49,640 bases of DNA from an uncultured Leptolinea sp. (GTDB lineage: Bacteria > Chloroflexota > Anaerolineae > Anaerolineales > Anaerolineaceae). The stretch is taken from contig CAZRKL010000002.1 in NCBI GenBank assembly GCA_964600595.1, positions 3,111 through 52,750 of the forward strand, read 5' to 3'. Position 1 is the stretch's first letter. Each line of letters opens with the position of its first letter. The translations under genes were made by a program, and so were the position numbers. The notes under the pieces were generated by a model. The model saw only the letters and a program-made list of their open reading frames with translations, searched no databases and was not told where the DNA came from. Of this stretch, positions 34,142 through 43,875 are shown one piece after another.

Positions 34142-36232
34142 TTAATTCATATTAACCATGCCATGGGCTTTTACTTTCGTTCCCGGGCTGATTTCTGAAT
34201 AAGCCAGTACAACCAAATTGGTGAGAGACTGCTCAACCAAACGTTTAAAAGCCATTCGCAATTCACGCGGGCAGAGGAGAATGGGCATATGCCCCAGCCC
34301 TGCCAACGCCTCCATCTTTTCTCCGGTGTTTCTCAATATGACCTGCGCAAGGGAAGCATCAATTTGAAAACCTACTCCCGAATCGGTTACGCCCAGAGAA
34401 GAGCGAAGCATGCTTTCTAACTCAGGAGACAGAGTAAAGACATGCAGGGCGTTTTCTTCATCGCGGTACAGAGATGAGAGGGTGTGTGCCATTGTCTGAC
34501 GGACAGCTTCTGCCAGAATGTTGGGGTCGCGGGTAATGGTGGCGTTGTTCGCAACAACTTCCAATATCCCACTTAAGTCACGGATGGGCACCCGTTCGCG
34601 TAGAAGATTACGTAGCACTGTCTGGAATTCACTCAAACTCAAGATCTCAGGAATAACACCTTCTACCGAAGCTGGGCTGCGGGATTTTAATTGGTTTAGC
34701 ATTTCCTGCACCATCTGCCGGTTGAGCAAGTCTGGGGCGTAATGCCTGACGACCTCTGTCAGGTGTGTACTCAGAACCGAAAGAGGATTCACGACGGTAT
34801 AGCCCATCAACTCAGCGCGTCCCTGTTCAGATTCGGGAATCCACTGGGCAGGCAGACCAAAAGCGGGTTCGGTAGTGGGAACCCCTTTCAGATTCGGATC
34901 AGCTTCGCTGCCGGGAATCGCCAGCATGTTACCCAGCATCAGGTCCCCTCTTGCCACTTCCTGCCCGCGGATCTTGATCCGGTATTGTGATGGCTGCAAG
35001 CGCAGATTATCCCGAATCCGAACCACCGGTAGGATTAAACCCAATTCGGCCATGACCTGTCTGCGGATACCCGTAATCCTCTTGAGCAGGTTATCTGTCT
35101 GGTCATTGTCAATTAAAGGTATCAGGCTGTAACCAATTTCCAATTCCATGGGGTCAACAACCACCATGTTGAGCATATCTTCGGGAGTTTCTGGTTCTGC
35201 CGATGGCACCGGACCAGCAGCTGATGCTGGCAATTGTTTCAGCTGCGCTTCTTTCTTCTGAAAATTTGAAACATAATAAGCCGCAATACCCAGCGCGCCA
35301 CCCACCGCAAAAAATGGGACCTTGGGTAAGCCGGGAACAAAAGCCATTAAGACAATAATTCCGGCTGCAACAGCCAGGGTATTGAAATTGGAGAGCTGCC
35401 CAAAAAGGTCAGTACCCAGCGATTTTTCAGAAGTCGAGCGAGTGACAATTAAACCTGCGGCTGAAGAAACCAACAGCGCAGGAATTTGCACGGCCAGACC
35501 GGCACCAACAGTAAGCAGTGTATAAGTCTGCAACGCCTGGGTAAACTCGAGGTTGCGCTGCACCATGCCAATAACAAATCCGCCAATTATATTGACCAGC
35601 ATGATGATGATTGCCGCGATGGAATCTCCCCTCACAAATTTACTGGCACCATCCATTGCCCCATAGAAGTCAGCTTCGGTTTCTACCTGTTTTCGGCGGG
35701 AACGAGCTTCTGTTTCGTCGATAATCCCGGCGTTCAAATCTGCATCAATGGAAAGCTGCTTACCGGGCATGGCATCCAGGGTGAAGCGGGCAGATACTTC
35801 TGCAACACGCCCCGCACCACTGTTAATAACCACGAATTGGATGATCATCAGCATGAGGAAAATAACTACACCGACAACGTAGTTTCCACCAACGATCAGA
35901 GTGCCGAATGTTTCTATTGCTTTACCGGCGTTTCCTTCCAGTAATATCAACCGGCTGGCTGAGATGTTTAACCCCAATCGAAATAGGGTGATGAGCAACA
36001 GAAATGTAGGGAATACCGAAAACTCCATGGGTTGTGAAATGTACATTGTCAGTAAAATCACACCGATGGATAGGGCGATATTCAACGCTACCAATAAATC
36101 CACCAGAACGGGCGGGAGAGGAATGATCATCAATCCAACAATCATGACCAGACCAAACGCGAGGGCAATATCCCGGGACTTGAATAAGCTCCGGAGACTT
36201 GAAATATTTGCTGTTGGATTAGATGCAACCAT
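34142..36232 (-). CDS. flhA: flagellar export-gate protein FlhA
   Basis: TM region plus FVVINSGAGRVAEVSARFTLDAMPGKQLSIDADL, and a C-terminal cytoplasmic ring domain. Confidence 0.95.
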   Translation of the reverse strand: MVASNPTANISSLRSLFKSRDIALAFGLVMIVGLMIIPLPPVLVDLLVALNIALSIGVILLTMYISQPMEFSVFPTFLLLITLFRLGLNISASRLILLEGNAGKAIETFGTLIVGGNYVVGVVIFLMLMIIQFVVINSGAGRVAEVSARFTLDAMPGKQLSIDADLNAGIIDETEARSRRKQVETEADFYGAMDGASKFVRGDSIAAIIIMLVNIIGGFVIGMVQRNLEFTQALQTYTLLTVGAGLAVQIPALLVSSAAGLIVTRSTSEKSLGTDLFGQLSNFNTLAVAAGIIVLMAFVPGLPKVPFFAVGGALGIAAYYVSNFQKKEAQLKQLPASAAGPVPSAEPETPEDMLNMVVVDPMELEIGYSLIPLIDNDQTDNLLKRITGIRRQVMAELGLILPVVRIRDNLRLQPSQYRIKIRGQEVARGDLMLGNMLAIPGSEADPNLKGVPTTEPAFGLPAQWIPESEQGRAELMGYTVVNPLSVLSTHLTEVVRHYAPDLLNRQMVQEMLNQLKSRSPASVEGVIPEILSLSEFQTVLRNLLRERVPIRDLSGILEVVANNATITRDPNILAEAVRQTMAHTLSSLYRDEENALHVFTLSPELESMLRSSLGVTDSGVGFQIDASLAQVILRNTGEKMEALAGLGHMPILLCPRELRMAFKRLVEQSLTNLVVLAYSEISPGTKVKAHGMVNMN

Positions 36233-36252
36233 GTAATACCTCTAAATTTGTT

Positions 36253-37335
36253 TTATGGGTTGGCTGTCATCGGTTGACGAGAAGCTGGTTTGTTCAACCG
36301 ATAGACATAAGCCAGAACTTCAGCTACAGCCATATACATCTCTGGCGGAATTTCCTGATCCACTTCGACCATACGATAAAGGGAGCGCGCAAGCGGCACA
36401 TTCTGCACAACAGGAACTTTGTTTTCACGGGCAATATCCACGATACGCTGAGCAACATGGAAAGCACCTTTTGCCAGCACACGCGGAGCGCGCATTGCGT
36501 CGGAATCGTAATCAATTGCCACTGCAAAGTGAGTTGGATTGGTAACCACTACTTTTGCCTTTGGAACATTACTCATCATCCGGGTGCGTGCAATTTTTCT
36601 TTGCTGCGCCCGTATGCGTCCACGCAAGAATGGATCTCCTTCAGACCGTTTGAAATCCTCTTTAATTTCTTCTTTGGTCATTCGCATCGAACGCATAAAA
36701 CGCCAGCGTTGAAACGCATAATCTGCTGCAGCGAGGGCAAGGTAGGATGACCCAACTCTGATTCCCAGTGATATAGCCAGTTCAGACCATTCAGTAACAC
36801 CTGAAGCCAGATCATTGTTCCCCAAATAAAGAATATCTTGCATATGGCTGTTTAAGAAACTGTAGGCAACATATCCAACCAGGGCGAGTTTTAGTAACGC
36901 TCTTCCCAGTTCGATCAAACCTTGAGCGGAGAAAATCCGTTGAAAGCCAGTAATGGGATTAATTCTTTTGAAGTCAAAACCTATCTTCTTGCTTGCCCAC
37001 AAAAAACCTGTCTGGATCAGAGTGACAGACACACCTGATATCATCAAACCGATCAGGATAATCCCCACCACAGGGACAAATGCCATCAATTGCTCAACGG
37101 CAAAATCCTTCATCCAGGTTCCTGTTAATTCAAAATCAGGCAATATCATGATCACGGAAACCATCATTTCCTTGATCAATCTGACCAGTTGGGCGCCAGG
37201 ACCCTGAAGCAAAAGAGTTCCAACCAGCAAGATTACTGCAGTGTTTAATTCTAGACTGCGGGCAACCTGCCCTTCCTGGCGGGCATCTTCTAACCTTCGA
37301 TGAGTAGGTGCTTCGGTTTTATCTGACATATCCAT
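36253..37335 (-). CDS. flhB: flagellar export switch protein FlhB (full length)
   Basis: KTEAPTHRRLEDARQEGQVARS...; autocleavage site VVTNPTHFAVAIDY; C-terminus PPEMYMAVAEVLAYVY. Confidence 0.95.
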   Translation of the reverse strand: MDMSDKTEAPTHRRLEDARQEGQVARSLELNTAVILLVGTLLLQGPGAQLVRLIKEMMVSVIMILPDFELTGTWMKDFAVEQLMAFVPVVGIILIGLMISGVSVTLIQTGFLWASKKIGFDFKRINPITGFQRIFSAQGLIELGRALLKLALVGYVAYSFLNSHMQDILYLGNNDLASGVTEWSELAISLGIRVGSSYLALAAADYAFQRWRFMRSMRMTKEEIKEDFKRSEGDPFLRGRIRAQQRKIARTRMMSNVPKAKVVVTNPTHFAVAIDYDSDAMRAPRVLAKGAFHVAQRIVDIARENKVPVVQNVPLARSLYRMVEVDQEIPPEMYMAVAEVLAYVYRLNKPASRQPMTANP

Positions 37336-38097
37336 TTACCTGGCAAGTAATTGCAGCATTCGCGGTCCAACAGAGCGGAAGAGTTGCTGCATCATTGGAA
37401 GGGCAACACTAAAACTAAACGCAACTGCCAGCATCCCCAGCCCGATTTTTACGGGTAAACCCAAAAAATAAACCTGCACTTGCGGCGCAACTCGGGCAAG
37501 CAATCCCAACGTCAGGTCAGCGAGCAGAAGTGCGCCAACTACAGGTAAAGACATCTGCACCCCGGCAGCGATCATCTGTGCAGCCATCCGCACCAGAACT
37601 TCAGGATCGGTGAATGGGATAGGCTGATTTACCTCCAGCACCTCAAAAGATTTATGGATCGCCTGGATAACTACATGATGGCCATCCATTACAACGAATA
37701 ACAACATGCCAACCATGATGAAGAATTGATCGACGGATGATCCTGTCTCGCCCAGGGTTGGATTGAAAACCCGTCCTGATCCGAAACCGCTGCCAATGCC
37801 CATCAATTCACCAGCCATCTGTAATGCGCCGAAAGTAAGAACAGCAGCCATCCCTGCCAGGGAACCAACAATTAGTTCTCTGAAAATTCCTCCGGCAAAA
37901 GCAAAAAGGCCTAACGCTTCAGTTCCTGCAGGGAGGGGATTCCACGGGATAAGGATAGCGCTGAGGATAATTCCCAGGCTGATCCGTACCTGTGGTGGGA
38001 TGGACTGCCCTCCCAAAACAGGGACAGGTAACACCATGGCCATGACCCTGGTGAAAACCATAAAGAAGATTTGTGCTTGAGCAACAGATATTAACAT
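37336..38097 (-). CDS. fliR: flagellar export-gate protein FliR
   Basis: 253-aa polytopic membrane protein with FMVFTRVMAMVLPVPVLGG...QMAGELMG..., immediately upstream of flhB with no gap. Confidence 0.9.
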   Translation of the reverse strand: MLISVAQAQIFFMVFTRVMAMVLPVPVLGGQSIPPQVRISLGIILSAILIPWNPLPAGTEALGLFAFAGGIFRELIVGSLAGMAAVLTFGALQMAGELMGIGSGFGSGRVFNPTLGETGSSVDQFFIMVGMLLFVVMDGHHVVIQAIHKSFEVLEVNQPIPFTDPEVLVRMAAQMIAAGVQMSLPVVGALLLADLTLGLLARVAPQVQVYFLGLPVKIGLGMLAVAFSFSVALPMMQQLFRSVGPRMLQLLAR

Positions 38098-38212
38098 AAT
38101 CGCTTAACCGTCCTGATACGGTCTAGCTTAAGGTTATTCTGCTTTCAGCTTTATGTCAGTAAAGAGGGAATGAAGTGGTTCTAAAGAATGCGTAAATATT
38201 ACGTTTAATCTA

Positions 38213-38611
38213 TTAAGATTTTTTTACACCAGCCGATAACGCTTTGTTTATCATTCTGTTTAATCTGGAGCGCAATTGATCAGCATCCAATGGTTTGGTG
38301 ATGAACTCATCGACACCAGATTTTTGAGCTTTTGTTACAATCTCTGGAAAAGCCAGGGATGAAACCACTGCAACTAGTGGTGCTCTTGCTTGCATCTGGT
38401 TTTTTATATTTGCCACGGCATCCAATCCATTTACACCGGGCAGCAATACATCCAGGAAAAGTAACATAGGCTCAGCCTCAAGTACAAGTCCAACCAGATC
38501 TTGTGGTGAATCAATCACTTGAAAATGAATTTCTTCCCGCTGCATCACCAGTTTGAGCAAATCCCGATCCATTGGATCATTGATACAGATCAAAGCGGTT
38601 GTCTGCATCAA
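38213..38611 (-). CDS. stand-alone receiver-domain (CheY-like) response regulator
   Basis: Phospho-acceptor context LLFLDVLLPGVNG; SS at the T87-equivalent position; DEFITKPL (Lys with an aromatic residue at -3). The acidic pair is ND rather than DD. Confidence 0.8.
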   Translation of the reverse strand: MMQTTALICINDPMDRDLLKLVMQREEIHFQVIDSPQDLVGLVLEAEPMLLFLDVLLPGVNGLDAVANIKNQMQARAPLVAVVSSLAFPEIVTKAQKSGVDEFITKPLDADQLRSRLNRMINKALSAGVKKS

Positions 38612-38623
38612 CTTTTACCTGCC

Positions 38624-39466
38624 TTAATTGTTGGTTGTTCCTGAGAACTGATATTCCTGTACCAATTCTCGCATCTGCTCAAGTTGGGCTTCATTAATTC
38701 CAAGGATATTCAATGCCTCAGGATGTACTTTTTTCCCGTGGGGATCAAGCAAGATATAAGTATGGGTCTTGCTAAAAGCATTGGCAATATTGATGATCGC
38801 GCCTAGGGTGGGTTTTGTTTTAGCAAAAGAAGGGGCATGGTGAAACCGGATCGCCTCAACCAGTAGAACCGGGAAATTCCATTTTTCAGCCATCAGGCTT
38901 CCTACCGCAGAGTGGTCAATTCCCAGCAGCTTCTCTTCAACCTGCCAGAGTGCCAGATCATAATTTCGCATTAGTTCTAAAATGCGCATGTAATCTACGT
39001 TCATATATTGGTCGAGGATCAACTTGCCCATATCGTGCAGCAATCCACCTACATAAGCTTCTTCCGGGTCAGGGTACCGCAAATATCTGGCAATCCATTG
39101 CGCAATGGTTGCCGTCACAACTGAATGATTCCAAAGTTCTCCGGCACCCAACCGGTAACCACTTAACCTGCGGGTTAATGGTCCGGATGAGGCTGCGCCC
39201 AGAACCAGAGTCTTTATCCGTTTAATTCCCAGGCGCATTACCGCATCTGAGATCGAGGCGCAAACAAAACTGAAACCCATTGAAGCTGAGTTTGCCATCT
39301 GTAATACAGATGCCGCCAGAGCCTGATCAAGACCAATCAAATCACTGATGGTTCCCGCCGTGTTGTTTGGATCATCCAATGCATTGAGTATCCGCGTTAC
39401 GCTTGTTGGCATGGGACGCATTTTATCAACAGAGGCTAGAATTTGATTGATCGTAGATTGTGCCAT
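38624..39466 (-). CDS. HDOD domain protein
   Basis: ILNALDDPNNTAGTISDLIGLDQALAASVLQMANSA...LWNHSVVTA...GGLLHDMGKLILD...GIDHSAVGSLMAEKWNFP are the typical HDOD motifs. Confidence 0.8.
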   Translation of the reverse strand: MAQSTINQILASVDKMRPMPTSVTRILNALDDPNNTAGTISDLIGLDQALAASVLQMANSASMGFSFVCASISDAVMRLGIKRIKTLVLGAASSGPLTRRLSGYRLGAGELWNHSVVTATIAQWIARYLRYPDPEEAYVGGLLHDMGKLILDQYMNVDYMRILELMRNYDLALWQVEEKLLGIDHSAVGSLMAEKWNFPVLLVEAIRFHHAPSFAKTKPTLGAIINIANAFSKTHTYILLDPHGKKVHPEALNILGINEAQLEQMRELVQEYQFSGTTNN

Positions 39467-39481
39467 GACGTGAGGATCCCC

Positions 39482-39751
39482 TTATTTGACAAAATTTGGC
39501 AGCGAGGTAAATAGACTTGTGGTAAATACCAACAATTGCTGCAACATCCATGACCCGAGGAAAGCGAGAACCAATCCAATGGCTACCATTTTTGGAATAA
39601 AGGTCATGGTTACTTCATTAATTTGGGTGGCTGCCTGGACCAGGCTTATGAGAGAACCAACCAGAAGGCTGACAAGCAATACTGGCGCAGCCAGAATAAG
39701 CATTACTGTTATTGAGTTCTGAGCCAGGGAGAGTACGTAAGATTCAGTCAT
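39482..39751 (-). CDS. fliQ: flagellar export-gate protein FliQ
   Basis: 89 aa with two TM helices: VLLVSLLVGSLISLVQAATQINEVTMTFIPKMVAIG. Confidence 0.9.
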   Translation of the reverse strand: MTESYVLSLAQNSITVMLILAAPVLLVSLLVGSLISLVQAATQINEVTMTFIPKMVAIGLVLAFLGSWMLQQLLVFTTSLFTSLPNFVK

Positions 39752-39760
39752 AATGCCTCA

Positions 39761-40522
39761 TTACATGAAACTCAACATTAATGATTTTACCAATAGATAC
39801 CATCCATCTACCAGAACAAAAAGGAGAATCTTGAAAGGTAGTGAAACCAGGGATGGTGGAAGCATCATCATACCCATTGACAGGAGCACGCTGGAAATGA
39901 CCAGATCAATGATCAAGAATGGGATGTAAATGATGAATCCCATGGTAAATGCCGTTCGGAGTTCACTGATTACAAACGCAGGAAACAGATCAACCGTCTG
40001 GATATCAGAAAGCTGCGCGGGGCGTTCCTTTCCGCTCATAGACATAAACAATTCAATGTCTTTCTCACGCGTTTGGGTGAACATAAACTCGCGGACTGGT
40101 TCAATGGCTCTTTCCAGCGCAACTTCTTGAGAAATTTCGTTATTTGTGTATGGCTTTATCGCGTTCTCGTCAATTTTGGCATACGTCGGCGCCATAACAA
40201 AAAAGGTCAGGATGAGCGACAATCCAATCACAACCTGGTTGGGCGGGATAGTCGGCGTGCCAATCGCGTTTCGAACCATGGATATGACAATCACTATCCG
40301 GGTGAAGGAAGTTGCCAGGATCAGAATGGCTGGAGCAAGCGTAAGCACCGTCAGCAAGACAAAAAGCTGGACACCTGAAGTCACCTGATCCGGATTTCCA
40401 TCAGGTTGTACCGACAATGTCACACCGGGTGCCTGTAATTCAGGATTCCCCGCGCATGATGTCAACAGGAACATGGATAGCAGACTCAACAGGAGGAATA
40501 GAATGCGTTTCTGCTTAGTCAT
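39761..40522 (-). CDS. fliP: flagellar export-gate protein FliP
   Basis: LTLAPAILILATSFTRIVIVISMVRNAIGTPTIPPNQVVIGLSLILTFFVMAP...FMLPFKILLFVLVDGW. Confidence 0.95.
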   Translation of the reverse strand: MTKQKRILFLLLSLLSMFLLTSCAGNPELQAPGVTLSVQPDGNPDQVTSGVQLFVLLTVLTLAPAILILATSFTRIVIVISMVRNAIGTPTIPPNQVVIGLSLILTFFVMAPTYAKIDENAIKPYTNNEISQEVALERAIEPVREFMFTQTREKDIELFMSMSGKERPAQLSDIQTVDLFPAFVISELRTAFTMGFIIYIPFLIIDLVISSVLLSMGMMMLPPSLVSLPFKILLFVLVDGWYLLVKSLMLSFM

Positions 40523-41000
40523 TCAAACCTCCCGCAATCTCTTTATCAATAGCTTTTTTGAACACTTCCGGAAATTCTTCGGTGTCATCTGAAAGATACT
40601 CTGATACATCTTTTATCAACGTGATCTGCTGGTCGGTTGCACCTACCAATAATACTGATTCACCCACCCTGATGATGTGCAACGCCCGTTTGGGGGTTAA
40701 TCCCAAAGTTTCCACCACCTGCATCTGCCGTAATTTAGACCTGGATGGGTTGACCATCCACCGTTTCATGACTATTGCTGCTCCATAGATAATCATTAAA
40801 ACTAGAAGTAGTTTGAAGAACACACTGATCATCCAGGTACTCGAGCTGGTGAGATCTGCCGCGCTATCCCCGTCTGGTGTAGTAAACAATGTGAACCAGA
40901 ACCCGACTACCAGCAAAACAGATACACCCGTGATGATGGCAATTTGTGTGAATCTTGATCGGGTTTTAAACCAGCTCAACCATTTTTCTGCATAATTCAT
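40515..41000 (-). CDS. fliO: flagellar protein FliO/FliZ
   Basis: One TM helix, then LRQMQVVETLGLTPKRALHIIRVGESVLLVGATDQQITLI. ATG 41000 follows GAGGAA and comes just after the fliN stop; the track start is 41042. Confidence 0.7.
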   Translation of the reverse strand: MNYAEKWLSWFKTRSRFTQIAIITGVSVLLVVGFWFTLFTTPDGDSAADLTSSSTWMISVFFKLLLVLMIIYGAAIVMKRWMVNPSRSKLRQMQVVETLGLTPKRALHIIRVGESVLLVGATDQQITLIKDVSEYLSDDTEEFPEVFKKAIDKEIAGGLND

Positions 41001-41010
41001 CAGAAATTCC

Positions 41011-41397
41011 TCAAGGCTTACTTGTGTTAGCCTGAGGGTCAATCAGCTCGGTAATGCGGACTGCGAACTTATCATCCACAACAACAACCTCACCTTTCGC
41101 CAGCAGGCGCTCGTTTACGAACACATCCACCGGGTCACCCGCTAAACGGTCCAGTTCAATTACTGAACCCTGAACCAAATCAAGCGTCTGGCGTAAGGAC
41201 ATCCTTGTCCGACCTAATTCAACGGTAATTTTTAATGGCACATCCATCAGCATATCCAGGCTTGTCTGTCCTTTTGAAGCGATGCGTGCCTCGGTATTCG
41301 GTTTTACTTCAGGGGCAACTGGCACTGGAGAGACAGGGGTGGGTGTCTGCACGGGTGCAGGTGATGGATTTACAACGGGAACAGGTGCATCAGACAT
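41011..41397 (-). CDS. fliN: flagellar motor switch protein FliN (short form, no CheC-like domain)
   Basis: LDMLMDVPLKITVELGRTRMSLRQTLDLVQGSVIELDRLAGDPVDVFVNERLLAKGEVVVVDDKFAVRITELI. Confidence 0.9.
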   Translation of the reverse strand: MSDAPVPVVNPSPAPVQTPTPVSPVPVAPEVKPNTEARIASKGQTSLDMLMDVPLKITVELGRTRMSLRQTLDLVQGSVIELDRLAGDPVDVFVNERLLAKGEVVVVDDKFAVRITELIDPQANTSKP

Positions 41398-41406
41398 AAG
41401 ATTACC

Positions 41407-42459
41407 TCATTCGATTTTTCGCAGGTTGATTGCAGGATCATGGAACGCTGAAACCACCTGAACAGCAAGATTGTTAGCAACCTTGCCTATATGAACATTG
41501 AACAACCGTTGATTCGCAATTTGCATGATCAACGGGTCATCCTTTCGGTTGTCAAGCTGAATGATGTCGCCAACCTCAAGGTTTAACAAATCGCCCATGG
41601 AAAGTTCAGCTTCTCCTAAAATAACTTCCGCGGGTAAATCTACATTAACCAGGTTCTTCATGGCCAGTTCACGAGCTGCCGGATCAATGACTTTTTCTTT
41701 CCGTCCAGAAATCCAAACATGCGGGTTCAATACCGGTCCAATTGGTTTGAGTGTGCTGAACGGGAGATAAAAATTCATCGACCCCGTTACACCTTGAATG
41801 GTCAATTCGAAGGTCAACAGCATGACCTTTTCATTACCCATGATCATCTGTACCCAATGCTGGTTTGTAGTACTATCTTCGAGTGATGGCTCCAGGGCAA
41901 CCAGCTTACTCCAGGCGCTCTTCAGATCATTTAGCATATGCTCGACCAATCCACGCAACAGGGATTGGTCTATGTCTGTGAGTGGCCTCTCTTTTGCTTC
42001 ACCTTCAATCTTGCCACCCAGCCGTTGTTCGAGAACCATATAACTGACATTGGGGCTGATGGTGACAACCATATATCCAGGCAGGGGAGCCAGAGTGATC
42101 ATATGGAAAAGGGCGTTTGGAGGCAGATCCTTCAAGAAATCATGAAAGCGCCCCTGCTCTGTGTGCACCAATCTCGGTTTGAGATTTGTCCTCAAGAAGG
42201 TTGGAATGGAAGTTGTCAGTTTTTCTGACAAATCCTCATGGACCAATTCCACAGCGCGCATCTGTTCTTTGGAGAAGCGATCTGGAGACCAGAAGTTATA
42301 TGCGGTTACTTTTTTCCCGCCAGACGGTGCATCTGGCTTTTCTGATCCTGCCGGAGATTGCCCCATGATTTCTGCAAGGTTAACATCATTGCCACCATCC
42401 TTGCTTTCGATGGCAATTGCACCGCTTAGCAGAGCATCAATTTCTGCTTGAGTTAGCAT
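41407..42459 (-). CDS. fliM: flagellar motor switch protein FliM
   Basis: The N-terminus MLTQAEIDALLSG matches the CheY-P-binding LSQxEIDALL motif. The middle domain and a C-terminal SpoA-like domain are present. Confidence 0.9.
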   Translation of the reverse strand: MLTQAEIDALLSGAIAIESKDGGNDVNLAEIMGQSPAGSEKPDAPSGGKKVTAYNFWSPDRFSKEQMRAVELVHEDLSEKLTTSIPTFLRTNLKPRLVHTEQGRFHDFLKDLPPNALFHMITLAPLPGYMVVTISPNVSYMVLEQRLGGKIEGEAKERPLTDIDQSLLRGLVEHMLNDLKSAWSKLVALEPSLEDSTTNQHWVQMIMGNEKVMLLTFELTIQGVTGSMNFYLPFSTLKPIGPVLNPHVWISGRKEKVIDPAARELAMKNLVNVDLPAEVILGEAELSMGDLLNLEVGDIIQLDNRKDDPLIMQIANQRLFNVHIGKVANNLAVQVVSAFHDPAINLRKIE

Positions 42460-42468
42460 AATACCTTT

Positions 42469-43086
42469 CTACTCGACCACAAATTCGGTGAAATAAACAC
42501 CGATGATCTTGTATTCCGGCATCATGCCCTGTAATTTTTGGATGAGTTCTCCCCGCAGAGCTTCCTTGCCCGTTGCGGTGTACAGTTCTTCAAAAGTTTT
42601 TGAAGAAATTAAGGTAATAATTGTGTCGTTTATCATCGGCAGCCTTGCATTTACCCCCGTCATAACCATGCTGACAGCCGGATCTTCAACTGCTGCCTCT
42701 TCTCCGCCATGTGCCCCCGCATCACCACCTTCTGCCGCGTGGGCAGCTGCTTCTTCATACATGGGAGCAAATTCCACCACCAATCCAATCCGGATATACT
42801 TTTTTGAATTTGTTTCGGCTAGATTGATGATTTTTGTACCGGTATCGATCATGATCCCTTCACCGGGTTTGACTTCATGAACTTCTACTGTTTCTTCTTC
42901 AACAGCTTCAACTGTCGCTTCGGGAATCGGGGTGGGATAAAGGTAGGATAAATGGAATGGTTTTGGCAGATCATCTGGCGCCAAAACAATATAAGCTGTA
43001 ACCAGACTCAATAAACTACCAGCTACAACGATAATATAGAGAAAGATCTTGCCTACCAAGCCTAATATCTTTAGTACATTTTTCAT
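42469..43086 (-). CDS. fliL: flagellar basal-body-associated protein FliL
   Basis: N-terminal TM helix; KYIRIGLVVEF; C-terminus LRGELIQKLQGMMPEYKIIGVYFTEFVVE. Confidence 0.75.
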   Translation of the reverse strand: MKNVLKILGLVGKIFLYIIVVAGSLLSLVTAYIVLAPDDLPKPFHLSYLYPTPIPEATVEAVEEETVEVHEVKPGEGIMIDTGTKIINLAETNSKKYIRIGLVVEFAPMYEEAAAHAAEGGDAGAHGGEEAAVEDPAVSMVMTGVNARLPMINDTIITLISSKTFEELYTATGKEALRGELIQKLQGMMPEYKIIGVYFTEFVVE

Positions 43087-43104
43087 ATGCTTCCTCCCCG
43101 TGGA

Positions 43105-43875
43105 TTATTGCGTTGGCAGCAATTTGCTTCCACCAGGTGATACAACATTTTTCTCAACATTGTAGACCACGATAATATCCGCACGGCTATTCATGGCGCG
43201 GTGTTCAGGTGTGTCATTCGGAAAAATGGGTTCATATTCTCCCCGCCCTGATACAATCAACCGCTCTGGTTCTAATCCAGCCTCCATCATGTAATTGGCG
43301 ATAACAATAGCCCGTGCTGTTGATAATTCCCAGTTGTTTCCATAACGGGGATCAGTTGGCTGTGAGTCATCTGTATGGCCCATCACCTTAATTTGATTCT
43401 GGGTTGGCTTGAGCATTTCGATAATCGTGTCAAGAACCGGATAAGCTTCTTCCTGGAGATATGCAGTACCGGTATCGAACAGTAACTTCTCGCTGAGAGA
43501 AATCAATACCCCATCGATATTTGTTTGAACACTGACCGCTGTTCCCAGGTTACTTTTTGAGAGCATGCTGGCCAGGTTACCGGCTACTTCTTCTGAAGCT
43601 GGCGGTTTATCTGGAATACCCGGGACAACAATCGGATTGGGTACTCCATCCGGATTTCTTCCGCCACCCTGGCTAATCTGTGAATCTACCACTTTTACAG
43701 GACCTCCGCCCAGGGTGAAAGCAGCACGCAATGAATCGGCAAGTTGTTTGTACTTTTCTACATCCACCTGCCCCATGGAGTACAAGACCACGAATAAAAC
43801 CATTAATAAGGTAATGAAATCAGCGTAGCTGACTAACCAGCGATCTCCACCACCTTCACCGCCTCCGTGACTCAT
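43105..43875 (-). CDS. motB: flagellar stator protein MotB (OmpA-like peptidoglycan-binding C-terminus)
   Basis: RWLVSYADFITLLMVLFVVLY carries the conserved channel Asp. OmpA-like motifs HTDD...NWELSTARA. Confidence 0.85.
   Translation of the reverse strand: MSHGGGEGGGDRWLVSYADFITLLMVLFVVLYSMGQVDVEKYKQLADSLRAAFTLGGGPVKVVDSQISQGGGRNPDGVPNPIVVPGIPDKPPASEEVAGNLASMLSKSNLGTAVSVQTNIDGVLISLSEKLLFDTGTAYLQEEAYPVLDTIIEMLKPTQNQIKVMGHTDDSQPTDPRYGNNWELSTARAIVIANYMMEAGLEPERLIVSGRGEYEPIFPNDTPEHRAMNSRADIIVVYNVEKNVVSPGGSKLLPTQ

Noticed and set aside
38098-38212. Short AT hairpin (acgtaa-ata-ttacgt) and imperfect inverted repeats in the REC-fliR gap, considered as a terminator or operator.
   Set aside because: The stems are only 5-6 bp and AT-rich, with no clear U-tract. 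The evidence is too weak to call.
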